A DNA stretch of 64,000 nt from Octopus vulgaris (GCA_951406725.2 OX597831.1:13764001-13828000), one strand, 5' to 3'. Shown: positions 1-14,914, numbered from the stretch's first letter. Notes: generated by a model not told the origin, from the letters alone. Program-made: numbers and translations.

Positions 1-3000
1 ATACTTAACTTGCAGGAATGTAAACTTACAATGTGACAGTAACCTCGATGACACTACAGAGTTACTCGTGTGTTTATTGCATGCTAAAATGCTCGACCAG
101 GTTTAATAATTACGCGAAATATTAATTTTAACCCAATTAATCAGGTTCTCACATTTTTATTCCAGCTGTTCCTAAAAGTAAAATGTCAAGGAACCTTTCA
201 GTCCACGTTATGTTTTCACACTGTGCCTTACTAATACTTATTCGGTGCACATTTTTGTGATGGAGGAATTAAATACCAAATACCAATATATTTGATGTAA
301 GGACAGTTATTAAATATCACACATTTCATATTGATATTTTACTTTCACAATATTTTCAACTATTTTCCTTCGGTAGGAAATAAAAATGGCTGTTGAATTA
401 TCTGACAGTATTAATCCGGTGATATAATAATACTAACACGAATATATCAAGAAATTGTCATAGGAATATCTCAATGATTATTATTTCCAACTAAAATCTC
501 AATTCTCTGATGCATTAGCGAATCGTTAACAGAAAATATGCTACGTATGTTCATTATCCGTGACGATGCGGTTTCGATATAACTCTGGTGACACAGTGAT
601 ATATCTGCATAACCCTTAATAGAAATGTATTTATACACTGTAGGCTAACGATATTATAAACAATGTCCTTAATCAGAAAATAATACTGTAATGTTGTTCT
701 GATAGGACTGAATGTTACTAAAATATTAGCGTCCTGCCAGCGCAATATAACAATTACTGTATTTATTATGTGACTGTAACATCGATTATGCCAGTGTAAC
801 ATCAGAGTAAAACTGTTGCATTATCTTTGGGAAGTCTATTGCCAATTTATCTTCGACATTTCAAGGAAATATCTAACATTTCAGTTTGCAAATTGGTGAA
901 AGGTTGATTGATCCCTTAGCATATTTCTTTAGATTTTTCCTTTACACACCACCTCCAACAGTTTTGGAAGAGCGTTTGGGATTTGCTTTAGTTAGATCGC
1001 TTTAGATCACTTTAGATCACAGGTGACGAAGGGAAAATGGAGCTGTTTGTTAAGTATTGTTGTGAGAACCAGTACATGATAATAGAAGGGGCAGGTCTCG
1101 TTAAGCATATGTAAAATATCTGCTGGGGGATGCAAATCTCGAAACAAATAACAAATATGTAGCATTGAAACATGGCAGAGACTGATTGGTGGGAAGCTAG
1201 CGCGGTCGGCATGTCGCATAAACTAACGACAGACAATATTAAATTATCTACGAGCAACTCCATTTGTCTATTTTCATTCAAACATCTTTTCAATAGAAAT
1301 ATTTCAATAGCAGTTGTATTCTATTCTCATTGCAGTTAATATTCCATTCAGCACTTATTACTGAAGCTGGGATAAGTACAAATGTGAGAAATACAAATGT
1401 ATGCAAATAAAATTTTAACAAATATGTAAGTTTTGTTTTTTGTGTTTTGATGGAATGGGAAAACTTGAATAAGCTTTTTCTATTGAATAGCTCTATTTTG
1501 AGTAGTTTATTTAGGATGCGTCTGGTGCTTGAAGGAAGGAATTTCGTGAGAATAGGTTGTGCAATTATGCGTGAAGATTGAAAGTTTATGAACTTATTCC
1601 CTTTTCTTTCATTCTTCAGCTACACTGAAATATTTAGGAATAACATGTCTGGATTATAAATCTGAATGAGTGAATATGACACTCGAACCTGTTATTGAAA
1701 TTATATTTCATGTATCCCAACTCATCAGGAGAACTACTAAGTTAAACCCGTTCCCCAGAAAATTACTTTCCAGGAGACGAGGAGCTCTGAATTCTCTTAT
1801 CTAAATAGTACAATTTTTTTAGGCAGGTATGTGTATAGCTCATTTCCTATTAAATCCTGGTCTTTCGTTGGTTAGTATGATACATATATGTTTCTTGCAT
1901 GTCACTTCTTCAACCTTCTTTTGTCCATAACATTTGTTTTCAACAAGAGACTTTTACCACCACGAGCTTCTCTAAGTAAATTCTATATAATGATTTCTCT
2001 TAATCATTATTATTAAGGTATCAGCAAATACCACATAGATATTTTAGATATTCATATAAGATCAGAGTTTAAAGGTTCACTACATTAAGGGTTACAATAT
2101 AGTATTTTCATTGATCAGTTTCTTGAACTGGCTTAAACATGGATAAATTCATCTCTTATGAAAATTGATATATGTTTTGCATAGGTTTCAAAAGAATAAC
2201 CATATATTTGCCGAATCTGTGTACGTTCACCGGAAAGATTTGCAAGAATCTGAGCATTAATAAGCATTAGGACATTGTATATTGATACAGATCGGAAGTT
2301 GATTCTCTATAAGTATCGTTTGCTGGTTTGCTCACGTGAAGTTTTTACAAGATGTCGAGGGCGGTATTCTGAAAAAACTTTAACCAGTTTTACATTTAGA
2401 TTTCATTAAATAAACATGCAACAGAATTAAGCCGGTGTATTTGTACTGTTTAAATAGTTTATCGACTATACCACCACCACCACCACCACCACCACCACTT
2501 CTATCACCACTATTATATCTACCAACACAACCGCCACGACTAAACAAAGACTTTTTATCGGAGTACTAAACAATACTAAAAATGTAAACCTACAGTTAAA
2601 GAACAAGAGTACATTTGAATCTGGGTCAAACAAGAATACAATTAATCTAAGGATAAACATGGATGCAGGTGACCGAAGGCTTAAACGGCTTCTATACGGC
2701 AAAACAACATGGTAATTGATCAAGGGTAATACAGCAACAATACACGTGTCCAAGCGCGAAACAACAGTAATATTGGTGACGAAGCGCCTAAAAGACAACA
2801 ATGCATTTGATTAATTGATGACTAGATGTAGACTAAAAAAATAATAATAATGCAGCACATATGGCTATAGAACAGCAAAAGAGATGTCTAAGGCTAAGCG
2901 ACTGACCTAGGTCTAAAAAGAATACATATTACACAGGGTTAAGCAAAACGATGCTGCTAAACTAAGGATTTCCTACGATTGACTTAAAGCTAAGCAACAT

Positions 3001-3800
3001 TATTCTTGTTTACCAAGGGTTTAAGAAGAAGAATCGATTTTCTCAAAGTCTAAACAATACAATTAGTAAACTCAGTAAATTTGAGACGGCAGTAGAAACT
3101 AATCAGCAAAACTGTAGACCTCTGAGTATAGCTCCTCTTTATCAGAGAAAAGGAAAGGGCTAAGAGAACTCAAGCTAATTTTGGAAAAAACTGGGTAAAC
3201 CTAATCTCTCTTCGAAGGATTTCCATTCCTTTCCTGATTGGTCAAACAAAAAGCCTTTTGCCTCTCATTTTCTTTAAATCCGCTGAACTGAATTGAATTT
3301 ATTGAAAACAGTTCTGTTGACGTTCTACGACTTCAACATTATTAATCTTCTTTTGAAGTTTTTTCAGATGAATTCCTGAACCCCGAACTTTAACCTGATT
3401 CTGTATTTCAGGTGCGTTGATACGTAAGTCATCAACTACGATGACATCGATTAAGATTTTTTTCCTGGGTGGTGGCCCATTATGGCTATTTTTATTTTTC
3501 TGGTGGATTTGCTTTCTTTTTTCCTTATTCGTTTTTTATTAAGTGATTACAATGTTTCCTGCACTGCCTTCACCTCGACATTTGCCGAAATACCTGAGCG
3601 AAATAAGGAGCTATGACTTATGTATGTGTGTAGGCTTATGTCACTTTTGTCGGTGTTGGTTTCCATGTTCTGATGATGTTGGTCTTTGAGAGGCTGCATT
3701 ACCCTGGCAACGGTTTTGTCTTTTTTTTCTTCTGAATGTCTGTTTCCCATTGCTACTCTAGTTCTATATGCTACTATTACTGCCTCACTTGTTGTTGCAC
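1..3800 (-). mobile_element. Heavily decayed APE-type LINE (endonuclease and start of RT, running off the left edge; upstream limit uncertain)
   Basis: Minus-strand conceptual translation near 1010-1370 gives ISAEWNIN...ELL...MPT...YIFV...YHVLV, resembling APE GDFN/PT/DYIF/SDH motifs. Near 340-400 it gives QPFLFPTEGK/IVENIV, resembling the RT RPISLL..GK..E motif. Many stops and frameshifts. Confidence 0.55.
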
Positions 3801-4710
3801 TTATTTTGTGGTCAAGCTATCCGCAGTCTTTGTAGGAAAGGAGAACAAATATTTAACAATTTGCAATTCTAAACATATAAACAAACTGAACAGAAATACG
3901 AGTGATCTGAAAGACATCTCTTGTCGATTTGAACATAAAGAGACATATTTAAATCGACATGAAGTTTATTTATAAGTATGTCTTGCTTCTCTTGTGTATC
4001 ATTATGTCTTTGGAACTAAATAAACACAAGAACACGAACTGTAATGAAAAGAGAAAAGAATAGGTATCGAATCGTCCATATAGAAGAGAGTTTGAAAGGA
4101 AGGAGTCAAAGTAGCTTCTCTGTAAATGATTTAGTAATAGCTATGAATCTTAAACCGGGAAACGTCGAAAGTCATAAGGAAAGTAAGTATAATCACAGGA
4201 GTATGGTAAATGCTGTTATGACAATATTGCTATAATATATATATGATATATGTATGCATATATATCATATATAATATATACATATGTATATATATATACA
4301 TATATATGTATATACAGAGAGAGAGAGAGAGAGAGAGATGTTTATATCAATAGATCCACTCACTTTACACAGAGTACAAACGACAGAAAAAATGAAACGG
4401 GAAGAAGAAACGTGTTATAAGTCCAACAACTGTTTATGGGGGATTGAGATCCATCATAATATTGGTATATGCAGCCCATTACAGTTTGTGGCCTTAATGG
4501 AAGCAATCAACATTGAATAAATCGATTCCAGCCTTGAAATTTTCTGAATTTTGATCTGAAATGTTTGATCTTATCTACCCTGATGGCAGAGGCTTAAATT
4601 TGTATTTCATATCCAAACTGTTATATTTAATTTTAATCTATCTAATCTGTTTATCGTCATAATTGCCTCCAATTCTACTCAACTTGATTCCTCTTATAGC
4701 TGTTCAGTAC

Positions 4711-4713
<3 letters not shown>

Positions 4714-4785
<72 letters not shown>

Positions 4786-4800
4786 CTGTGTGTGTGAGTG
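4714..4800. repeat. (TG)n microsatellite
   Basis: Direct reading. Confidence 0.95.
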
Positions 4801-5053
4801 AGTGAATGAGTGTTAAATAAAATGTGACAACAAAGATATTTCTTGGACATTTATAAAGAGAAAGGTAGTCTTACAGGTGTTTAATTGATATAAAAGTGTT
4901 ATACACGCTCACACACGACCCATGTTAGACTCCTCTTTCATAGTATTATCGAACTGGAAGTCTAACAGCGGTCCCTCCATAGCACTTACATTATCTTACC
5001 TGCCTTTTGTGTCTTCTGGATACCAAAGTCTCTCATATTATTGCTTATGCACA

Positions 5054-5086
<33 letters not shown>

Positions 5087-5263
5087 TTATTTAGAGCGTT
5101 ATTGCACATAAAAAATTAGTAGACAAGTATAGCTAGGTCATTAGCTTGAATGAAACAGGAAGGAGCTGGGAATAATAGCTCAGAATGCTACTGCAAAAAT
5201 ATAAATCGACTGCATATTTCATAAACGTTCTCATATGAAATATCTATTGTTTTCGGTCGGCTT

Positions 5264-6242
5264 TCAATTCCATCTCACAAACAGAGACATTGCAGATACT
5301 AGCACCATAGAGTATGAAGTCGTTAAAGAGGCAGAATCATTCATCATCCCAACATATGCTTTCTTAACTGGAATAAATAAATGGTATGTTCTTCATTAGA
5401 TTTAGATTATTAATTCACAAATAAGATTTAGTAGCTCACAGAGGCACTAGCATATTTTTAGCATTGTCTCTGGTGATTTCGCGTTTCTGTAAGTTCATTG
5501 AGTTCGTTATTTAAATTACCTCTCTACAGATTTTTGGGAGGATCGTGCGAGTGTGTCAGGCACCTCCCGTATTACGCTCACCAACTCAGCCTTTATATAT
5601 TATTCGCCCATATCATTGTAGGTCCCGCCAAAAGCCTTCAGGCGGTAGGCGAATTTCCGTGTGTGATAAAGGAATTGAGATCTTAATTAAAGCGAATTCA
5701 TGTGCTCCTTTACTTGACACAGGACTCTACTCAACTCATAAAAAAACGTTGAATTAAAAATCCTGAGCATGGGAAATGTTCACAATTAAATACTGTAAGA
5801 TGTGTTGTCAGGACTAAACCGTTGAAGTTTAATTAAGAATAACCATGTCTGTATCGTTTGGAAGTTTCTTTGCTACCAACTGGTTTCAGTTTCAATTTCA
5901 CTGCGCGGCACCTTGTCCATACAAGTTTTCTACTATTGCCCCAGTTTAAGCGATGCCTTGGGTGTAAACTCGGACGAGAAGTGTACTGACGCCCGTTATA
6001 TATATATATATATTTATGTGTGAATGTACATGTGCATCTCTATGTGTGTGCTTATGCCCACCCATATTACTGTTAACAACCAGTGTTGGTTTGTTTTCAT
6101 CCCCTCAAATTTGCGCCTCAGCAATAGAGACCGATAGAACAAAAAGCGATGAGGGTTAAATTCTTCAATGAAACCCTTGAAAGCGGCTCCTTAGAATTGC
6201 CGCAGTAGATTGACTGAAACAAGAGAAAAAATATATATATAG

Positions 6243-6294
<52 letters not shown>

Positions 6295-6300
6295 GTAGGT

Positions 6301-6352
<52 letters not shown>

Positions 6353-7022
6353 ATGTGTGTGTGTATGTGTGTGTGAATATATGTGTATGTGTGTGTGTAT
6401 AAAAGTAACAAACTGAGGAAAAGTAATCCTTCAAAGGGTTGTGTTGTTAAACATCCAATTCACTGGTACCTCACTTGAATACTATAGAAATAAGGGTACA
6501 ATGCAATAATAATAAATCAAATAGACAGATTCAACTGAATTAATGTATTTCTGCAATTTAGCCGGTCCCTTCACACATAATTTCGTCTATGTTTTGAACC
6601 AAAGCTCTGATGAGACTCATATAAATTCATATGAAATGTTTATAAATCAAACAATGTACTTAAATCGAAACAAACTGTTGGCTTTTATGGTCTTTTAATA
6701 ATTTTCATAGTTTATTATGCTATATTATAATATATATAAATAAATTATTAAATTGTGAATTGAATCTCTCTATCTAGTTAATTGTGTATATAAATGTCTT
6801 GCAAACAACTTGTACATGCAAGTGCTACCAGTCAAAAATTCCGTATACCGGAAGCCAGCAAGTGTGTGGGGTCATCAGGAGAGAATGCTCGCCGTTTCGG
6901 GGCCCACCTCTCAACGGCATCAATGAGCACCGGCCCCACTCACTGATATGAGGCCCCACTTGCTAGATCAACTGGTTATCAAATACAGCTCAATATTTTT
7001 CTAGCCATCGCTCATCGTCTCT

Positions 7023-7078
<56 letters not shown>

Positions 7079-7101
7079 TCATTGTTTGACATCCATCTTC
7101 C

Positions 7102-7146
<45 letters not shown>

Positions 7147-8572
7147 TACATGCATGTATCTCATTTAATGAGACAACATGTACATATTATTCATTCTACC
7201 AAAGGTGATATCTGTTTTTTCAAAACGTTGTCAGTGAATGAAAAATATACGTTCATAAAGTATGAAGTGGTAAACGTACAAAGCTAATTATCGGTTGGAG
7301 TTTATGATGTTCTTACAAATTTCGGACAAGACAAGGAAAACAACTTACCTAGGCAAAAATCTCTATAGAGATTAGCGTACGGAAATGGACACTTCGACCG
7401 ATATGCATTATGACATTCTTTATACAGTTCAATTAATCTGCAAAACAAGCAGCACAAATCTATATATGAAAATAATTTTCTCGTTGGTGACAATAGTTTA
7501 CACCATTCAAAACGACGAGCCGCCAGAACCATTAGCACCGCCAGACAAATTACTTTGCTGCATTACGTGCCTCTTTACATTCCACAGAGGCCGAGTTCAC
7601 CTTTTATCTTTTCAAGGTCGATAAACTTTTACCAGTTGGTCTATATAATCGGCTTATCCATATTATCGGCGTCCATATAATCGGCTTATCCCTGAAGTTG
7701 TTGACTTTGTGCCAAAATCATTTCCGGCCATGAGATGGCAGAAATGTTAGCATGTCTCCTTCGTACTGCTTTCAATTTCCGCTAAGGTCGACTTTGACTT
7801 TCTTTCACTGCCTATAAAACAATTATCATTTAAGTCATGGGGATCAATGTAACCGGCTTACGCCCTCCTCCAAATTGCAGATCTTGTGTCACAATTTGAT
7901 AGCAATATTTTACATTATTTATATTCTTAAAGGGGTGAGACTTTAGAATCACTAGCGTGTCGGAGAAAATTCTTGACGGCATTTCTTCCGGTTTTATATA
8001 TGATTCTGGGTTCAAATCGCGCGGACATCAGATTTACCTTTCCTACTTTCGGGAAAGATAAATCAAAACCTTAATAAAAGTACTTGCTGCCCTGTGCCAA
8101 TAATAGAATGAATGATTTAAATAATTAAATTAACTGGAATTGATAAAATAAATAATATTTTAAAAATAGATTTTAAAATAAATTACTTTATTTACGCTTT
8201 ATTCATTATGACAGCAAGTGTCTTCGTAATTTACTTTAACTTTCATTCTTCTGACATTGATAGTCTCTGAACGAAAACATATTTAAGTTTAACCTGATTG
8301 AAAATGTGCTAACTTGTGTCTATGTTAGAAATTAGCATTATATTAAGTATTTTTAGCCATATGATGGCATAATCGGTTGAGCACCAGACAGGTGCTTTGT
8401 TCCATATTTTCCTTATGGTTTGAAATGGTGAGGAATAGATATTCGCCTTATTCTGTTTTATATAATATATACCACTCAAGTTTGCAATTGCCTTGATACA
8501 ATAGCCGTGTAACTAATATAATTTCTTTCTGTCTTTCTTTCTCTCTTCCTGTATATATATATATATATGTAA

Positions 8573-8623
<51 letters not shown>

Positions 8624-10313
8624 TATGTCTACCTGCTGGAAATAAGAGTCAAAACTCTTATTTAAATCGCCAAAATACGTTGATGATGCCTACAGAAATC
8701 AACCGAAGGTAAATCAGGTTAAGACAATCTCCCAACGTACATTTAAGTATTTGAGCTTACGTGGACCGGTTTCTGCACTGGCAAAAGTAGTCTTAGCTTC
8801 CTCAGCACGCGCCACCATGTTAGAGACTCCCAACCCATCGCTTTGAAGTCTGCACTGTAACTGATTCGTTTTGCGCCGAAATCATGGCAGGCATCAGTGT
8901 TTTGAGTGTTATTTCCAGCAGATACACGTACTCAGTATGTCTTTTGATTAATTTGGATCCTTCAGCTATCTAATGCTTTTCGGTGGAGCGGCCTGCAATC
9001 GCTTTTATAATTGACTCTGTTATTATATTTGTTTTTAAAATAGTTATATTGGATAATAACAGAATTAATATCTTCGCTAATTAATTATTCGTGAATTATT
9101 TTTCCCGTGAATTGCTAACTCCAGTATCGAGATTATATATATATATGTTTGTATGTATGTATATATATACACATGCATATATATATTTGTATATATATAT
9201 ATATATATATATAAATTATATATTCATATAATATATTTATATATATATATCTATATATATATATATGCATACATATATGTACATATATATACAGATATAT
9301 ATATACATATATTATATATATATACATATATATATAATATATGTATATATATATCTGTATATATATGTACATATATATATACATATATATATATCTATAT
9401 ATATCTATATATATCTATATATATGTATGTATGCATGTATGCTTGTATGTGTTAAGCCAAACAAGGATTAATAAGAGGTTTGTAATCCAGCTGAAATACT
9501 TTTTAATCTCTCTGGAGATAGAGATACACTTAGCTAACGAAGTATTGTTATCAGTATCGAACTCTGTTGTACTCCAGATAATCCGAAATGAAATTATATC
9601 ACCAATCAAATTTGTAAATCCATAGTTCCACTAACCCTATTGTATGTTTTTTAAAGAGTGACATATAAAATAGATAGAAATAACGGGTTATATACACTTA
9701 TTGTAGGCTTACAACTGTTTCCGATATGCGTTTGGGTGCGTTTATGGTTCAATCTAATCAATCGATCGATTGATCAACTGAATAGATAAAGGATCACTAA
9801 CCAACGCTATTATCATCTTCAGAGCTGAAACGAAAGAACGATTCCGTCAACAGATCGATTGATAAGACTGCACCTTTGACACATTTAAAACAGTTGTGAG
9901 CCTATAATAAATGTGCGTGACCCATTATTTCTGCCTACCCTATATACGAATACACACACACACACACACACACACATATTTACTTTCCTACACTAGGCAC
10001 AAGGCCCGAAATTTTGGGGAGGGGGCCAATCGGTTAGATCGATCCCAGTAGCCAACTCGTACTTACTTTTTCGACCCTGAAAAGCAAAGTCGACCTCAGT
10101 GAAATCAGAACGTAAAGGCAGACGAAATACCACTGTGTGGTAGGGATGGGGTTTATGGGAGTTGGGTGTGAGTGTGAGAATGGGGTATATCGGAGTGGAC
10201 ATTCGTCTGAACAACTAGAAATAAAGTGTTTTGCTCAGACACAACGCCGGGATTTGAACTCACCACCTTACGATCGAGTGCCGAATGATCTTACCACTAA
10301 GCCACGAGCATTC

Positions 10314-10391
<78 letters not shown>

Positions 10392-10416
10392 TACATACAT
10401 ACATTTATATATATAC

Positions 10417-10456
<40 letters not shown>

Positions 10457-11718
10457 CTGTGTGTGTGTCTGTGCGTGTGTATCTATACAGAGGTTGGACA
10501 AAATAATGGAAACACTTAGCATCATAATTTTGAAATACCTATACAACCTTCAACATCCTATTTGTTTTTATATTTTTTTTATTTAATATTAGTGTTGCTT
10601 AATATGTTTTGCTAAAATTGCCATATCTTTTCAGATATCATCAGAAAAAGGTAATTAAAATTCATTAAAATGACAGATCTATCGGACTTTCAAAGAGGTC
10701 CAATTGTTGGTGCTCGTATGACAAGTGCTAGCATAATGAAAACAGACGAAATGTTTGGTGTATCAAGAGGTACTGTCTCGAAAGTAATGACAGCCTTTGA
10801 GAAACCTCCTCGTCGAAACAAAATTCTGGAAGGAAGCTAAAACTTTCAGATAGGGACCGTCGGAATCTTACGCGAATTGTTAGAAAGGATCATAAAAGTA
10901 CAGCTCCCAAAATTACTGCAGAGCTTAATGACCACCACGGGAACCCAGTTTCTACAAAATCTGTTCGCTGGGAGAGCTGCAATCAGAAAACCATTACTTT
11001 AAAAAACAAACGTTGCAAAGCGTTTAGAGTGGAGTAAAAACCAACAGAATTGGTCCCTAGAGCAGCGAAAGAATGTTATTTTCTCGGACGAGCCATCTTT
11101 TACCTTATTTCCGACCACCGGCCGAGTATACGTGTGGAGACAGCCAAAAGAAGCATTTGACTCAGACTGCCTTCTTCCAACTGTTAAACACGGAGCAGGA
11201 TCTGTGATGATCTGGTGGGGGTATATCTTGGAAATCCGCCGGCACAGTGGTTTCCCTTCATGGCGCAATTAAAAGTCAAGTCTGTCTACTTAAGTATTTT
11301 ATCTGATCAAATTCACCCTATGGTTGCGGAACTGCTTCTGGAGGGAAACGCAATCTTTCAGGATGTTAATGCACCAATTCACACAGCCAACGTTGTTACT
11401 GAATGGCATGAGGAACATTCTAGTGAAGTTGACCATCTTATCTGGCCCCACTGGCCCTAGATCTCAATATTATTGAACATTATGATGCATTTTAGAAAAA
11501 ACAGGTAAGGAGTCGATATCCCCCACCATCATCACTACAAGAACTGGAGACTGTTTTAGCTGAAAAATGGAAAAAAGTTATTTTGGAAACAATTCAAACT
11601 TTGTACAAGTCGATAACTCATAGACGTCAAGCTGTAATTTCTGCCAAAGGCGGTCCTACCCCATATTAAAATAAATTTGTTCTAAATTTTAAGGTGTTTC
11701 CATTATTTTGTTCAACCC

Positions 11719-11761
<43 letters not shown>

Positions 11762-13855
11762 AACGTGTGTGTGTGTAGTAATAAACTCTTGATGATCTGA
11801 CTGCTTAGTAACAAGCGCAATGAAAGAATGGTAGTAATTATAATAAAGGTATATCTACCTGCAGGAGGGTTGGGCCATTGTCAACAAATTAAACTTTGCC
11901 CATTTGTAGGGACATTTAAGTTTACGATCACAAGTTGATGTCTTTTTATCAGCACCTGTAATTTTTAATCAAAGTTCTTCGTTATTCTAACATCCTTCAT
12001 AATTATATTACAAAATGTTCTATATTTTGAGCAGTAATTGCAGTTTAAATTCATGTTAAAATCTGGAGGCTAAATATGATCTCAGAACGTAAAGACAGAT
12101 GAAATGCCGTTAAGCATTTCGTCTAGTGTGCTAACGAATCTCACAGCTCACCCCCTTTATTTTTGTCGTTCATGCTATAATTCTTTCGAATCAAGAGATA
12201 CCTTATTTCATAATTCCATTTCATACCTATTTATGATTCCATGTGAAAGCATAATCTAAAAAAACAACGCTTAGATGAATGATGTGTATCTTGAACTTTT
12301 AGCCGCCTTATTTTACTATACTGAGTAAAGAAATTAAAATCATTAAACGAAATTCTGAACTGCATTTTGACACAAAACGTAATTTTTGCTACAAATGGTA
12401 AGTCACAACTCTGTCTGAGCGACTTCTTCGCCCATTGTATAAACATGTGATGTTGAATGAAACCAAACACAGTCCATGTGAAACAAGCAAATATATTATT
12501 CTCAGATTGTGGCTCAAGTCCTCAACAAAGGATTTTACGTTCTTCTTACATTCGGACAGATAGACGATACAAAGGCGGACAAGAGAAAAAACAATTAGAT
12601 GGACAGGCAACAAAAAAAGACGAGCCATTCGTGGCATTCTCTTCTCAGTCAAGAACCAAAAGTCACAACCATTTCGGGCAGATTCTTTTATTCTTTACTT
12701 GTGTCAGTCATTTGACTGCAGCCATGCTGGAGCCCCGCCTTAAAGGGTTTTAGCCGAAGACAGCGAACCCAGGACTTATTCTTCGTAAGCCTGTTACTTA
12801 TTCTATCGTTTATTTTGCCGATCCAGTAGGTTACGTGGACGTAAACACACTAACATCGGTTGTAGAACGTGGTTGATTCTCTCATTTCTTTCAATCTCTC
12901 CTCAACCGCTTCTACGACTGCTACCTCTACCTTCTTTGATGCTATGTTTAGCGTTCTATAGATGATAGTTCTCTTTTCCGTATTCTCTGGGAGATGTCAG
13001 CCTTATACAGTCTCCCTCCTTTTTAGCAAGGTGTTGTATATCTTGAAGTCCTTGCCTTTGACTTCTAATTCAAGGACTTGCAATAGCTCCGCTGGCAGGC
13101 TTTTGCCAGTCACTGCAGCATAAATGTCTGGTTGCACTTGTCTATTCTCCATAATAATGTTCTTCACAATTTCGCCCATAAATGAGGAAGACAAATAAGA
13201 ATTGCAACAAATTCAAGAAATAACAATAATTCAACAATTCAAGAAGTAACAGGTTAACAATAACAGATCTCACGTGGAGCGTTTCACACTTTCTACTCAA
13301 AAACAACGACAAACGTTTCTGTCACCTTGCTGCATCCGAGAGTAAAGTGATTGTTTTATGCGATCACCTCACATGCATCAACCAGGCAACTGATAGTTTC
13401 ACGTACATGGAAGCCCAACTGGGTTCTTCAAGCATGAATTATTCTACCGAACTAAGCAGTTTCAATAATGGACTGGATATAAAATGGCGCGAAAGAAATC
13501 CGAACAACCAAACGAATAACGTGGAAGTTAACACTAAGGCGAATTGCGAATATATGGGAACTGTAAATAAATAGCGGAAACCTTAAAAGTGGGACCAAGC
13601 GAATGATATAAGTAATGTGGAGGGAGGTGATGTAAGAATATAATCTTGCAAAATAATATAAAATAAAATAAATAGCAATAAAATAAATTAAGAAATATAA
13701 GAAATGATAGAAATATTTATAAACGGGCATGTACAAATATGAAATATGCTGAAAGATATAAAATCTATGAAAAAATATGAAAAAGAATATATACAAGAAA
13801 TACGGGAAACTTATATGAAAAATGTTATTTATAAATATTATATATATATATATAT

Positions 13856-13922
<67 letters not shown>

Positions 13923-14914
13923 AGTTATTGCCGATACTCTCCAATTTGCAGTTCTCTGAGTTCGTAGTTTCTGGTAAACCAATCCTGATTTTCTTTTAAA
14001 ATATTGAAACGTAAGTTAGAGGGAAACGCTTATGCTAATGTTCTTCCGCTTAAAACCCTTCGTGGTCGGACGTGCATTAACTCTTGTTTCAAGTAAACGG
14101 TTTTTATTTCCTTTTATAGGTCTTGAGGTAATGTAATAAACGTCTTGAGCAAATCTGTATAAGCGGACACAGGACATTGCGTTGCTGCTGAAGCCATGTT
14201 CCAAAGTAAATCTTTTTAGTAATATATTTCATTAATGCTTGTAAAAACATTGATTACATTAATTTATTTTTTAACTAAAATACGTCGGAGGTTAAGTGAG
14301 ATTGTATGTTATTATTTCTTATCTCCTACATTTCTTTCGTTCTATGTACACGCGCATATCCACATACTTATGTGTGGACAGAAGGACAGAGAGAAACAGA
14401 AAGAAAAGTCAAAGAGAAACAGACGGATTGAGACGGATTATAAGGCGGCGAGCTGGCAGAAGCGTTAGCACGCTGGGCGAAATGCTTTGCGGTATTTCGT
14501 CTGCCGTTACGTTGTGAGTTCAAATTCCGCCGAGGTCGACTTTGCCTTTCATCCTTTCGGGGTCGATAAATTAAGCACCAGTTACGCACTGGGGCCGATG
14601 TAATCGACTTAATACCTATGTCTGTCCTTGTTTGTCCCCTCTATGTTTAGCCCCTTGTGGGTAATAAAGAAATAGGATTCAGAGGTGAAGAGTTTCAGAA
14701 AGGGATTGAGAGAGAGAGGGAGAGAGACAGAGTCAGAGACAGACAGAAAGAAAGAGTGAGGTTGACAGAACGAGAGAGACAGACAGACAGATAGACATAT
14801 AGTCAGGATTCATTTACATTAAGTCTCAGAATTTGATAGGGAAAAAGATGGTCAACGTTTATCTTTTGCCCACTTACCTGCGGTGAGAAGACACAGGAAT
14901 ATAATAAATTTCAT
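5264..14914 (-). CDS. G1: small secreted/GPI-type six-cysteine protein, 108 aa; complement(join(5264..5367,7349..7437,11859..11955,14878..14914))
   Basis: All introns are GT-AG (donors gtaagt, gtagat, gtaagt) with phases 1-2-1 and an open spliced frame: [108 protein letters not shown]. Structure is shared with four paralogs. Confidence 0.88.
5860..6230 (+). mobile_element. Degraded tRNA-derived SINE (family B, same as 30915 and 59625)
   Basis: Diverged matches to the cleaner copies (ctgcgcggcacctt...ctactat...gagaccgatagaa...tgactgaaacaag). Confidence 0.6.
6601..6685 (+). ncRNA. Type-I hammerhead ribozyme-like motif (Penelope/retrozyme type)
   Basis: aaagct-CTGATGA-ga...tc-GAAA-ca aac tg-TT-ggcttt: 6-bp stem I (one G-U), 3-bp stem III, long stem-II insert. 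Confidence 0.5.
8620..8932. mobile_element. MITE-like element with ~38-bp imperfect terminal inverted repeats
   Basis: agtatgtctacctgctggaaataagagtcaaaac at the left end vs reverse complement of the right end agtacgtgtatctgctggaaataacactcaaaac. Confidence 0.6.
9660..9945. repeat. Foldback element with ~60-bp arms and a degenerate hammerhead-like core (CTGAAGA...GAAACAGTTGTA on - strand)
   Basis: 9663-9720 is the imperfect reverse complement of about 9887-9945. Confidence 0.55.
9980..10135 (-). mobile_element. tRNA-derived SINE family A, partial
   Basis: Matches reverse complement of the 14445 copy (gcaaagtcgacctc...cagaacgtaa...agacgaaatac). Confidence 0.7.
10488..11721 (+). mobile_element. 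Full-length but inactivated Tc1-like DNA transposon
   Basis: TIRs cagaggttggacaaaataatggaaacac / gtgtttccattattttgttcaacccctg, flanked by TA on both sides. Frameshifted transposase from ATG ~10670 ([10 protein letters not shown]...VIFSDEPSF...[11 protein letters not shown]...WP...DLNIIEH). Confidence 0.92.
12690..12865 (-). mobile_element. SINE family B, 3' part
   Basis: tcagtcatttgactgcagccatgctggagc...ggacttattc...gtaaacacac matches other copies. Confidence 0.7.
12870..13345 (-). mobile_element. Probable 5' end/ORF1 fragment of a LINE
   Basis: Non-repetitive ORF 13003..13194 continues through stops (..[19 protein letters not shown]..) and is cut by a SINE. Family assignment is an inference. 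Confidence 0.35.
14445..14680 (+). mobile_element. tRNA-derived SINE family A (octopus-like), full head
   Basis: ggcggcgagctggcagaagcgttagca (A-box-like) ... gagttcaaattcc (B-box-like); multiple copies in window. Confidence 0.85.

Noticed and set aside
11859-11955. Resemblance of exon 2 to RNase T2 or CAP N-termini
   Set aside because: No HGLWP/KHGTC or CAP motifs, and the proteins are only ~105 aa
12227-12255. 29-nt exon-like unit (ttttag..gtatga) in G1 intron 1
   Set aside because: It would introduce a stop/frameshift and has no counterpart in the paralogs
14445-14535. tRNA gene candidates
   Set aside because: These are SINE heads continuing into shared repeat bodies; no clean cloverleaf seen
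5264-14914. Ly6/uPAR three-finger assignment for the family
   Set aside because: Only six core Cys and no terminal CCxxxxCN motif
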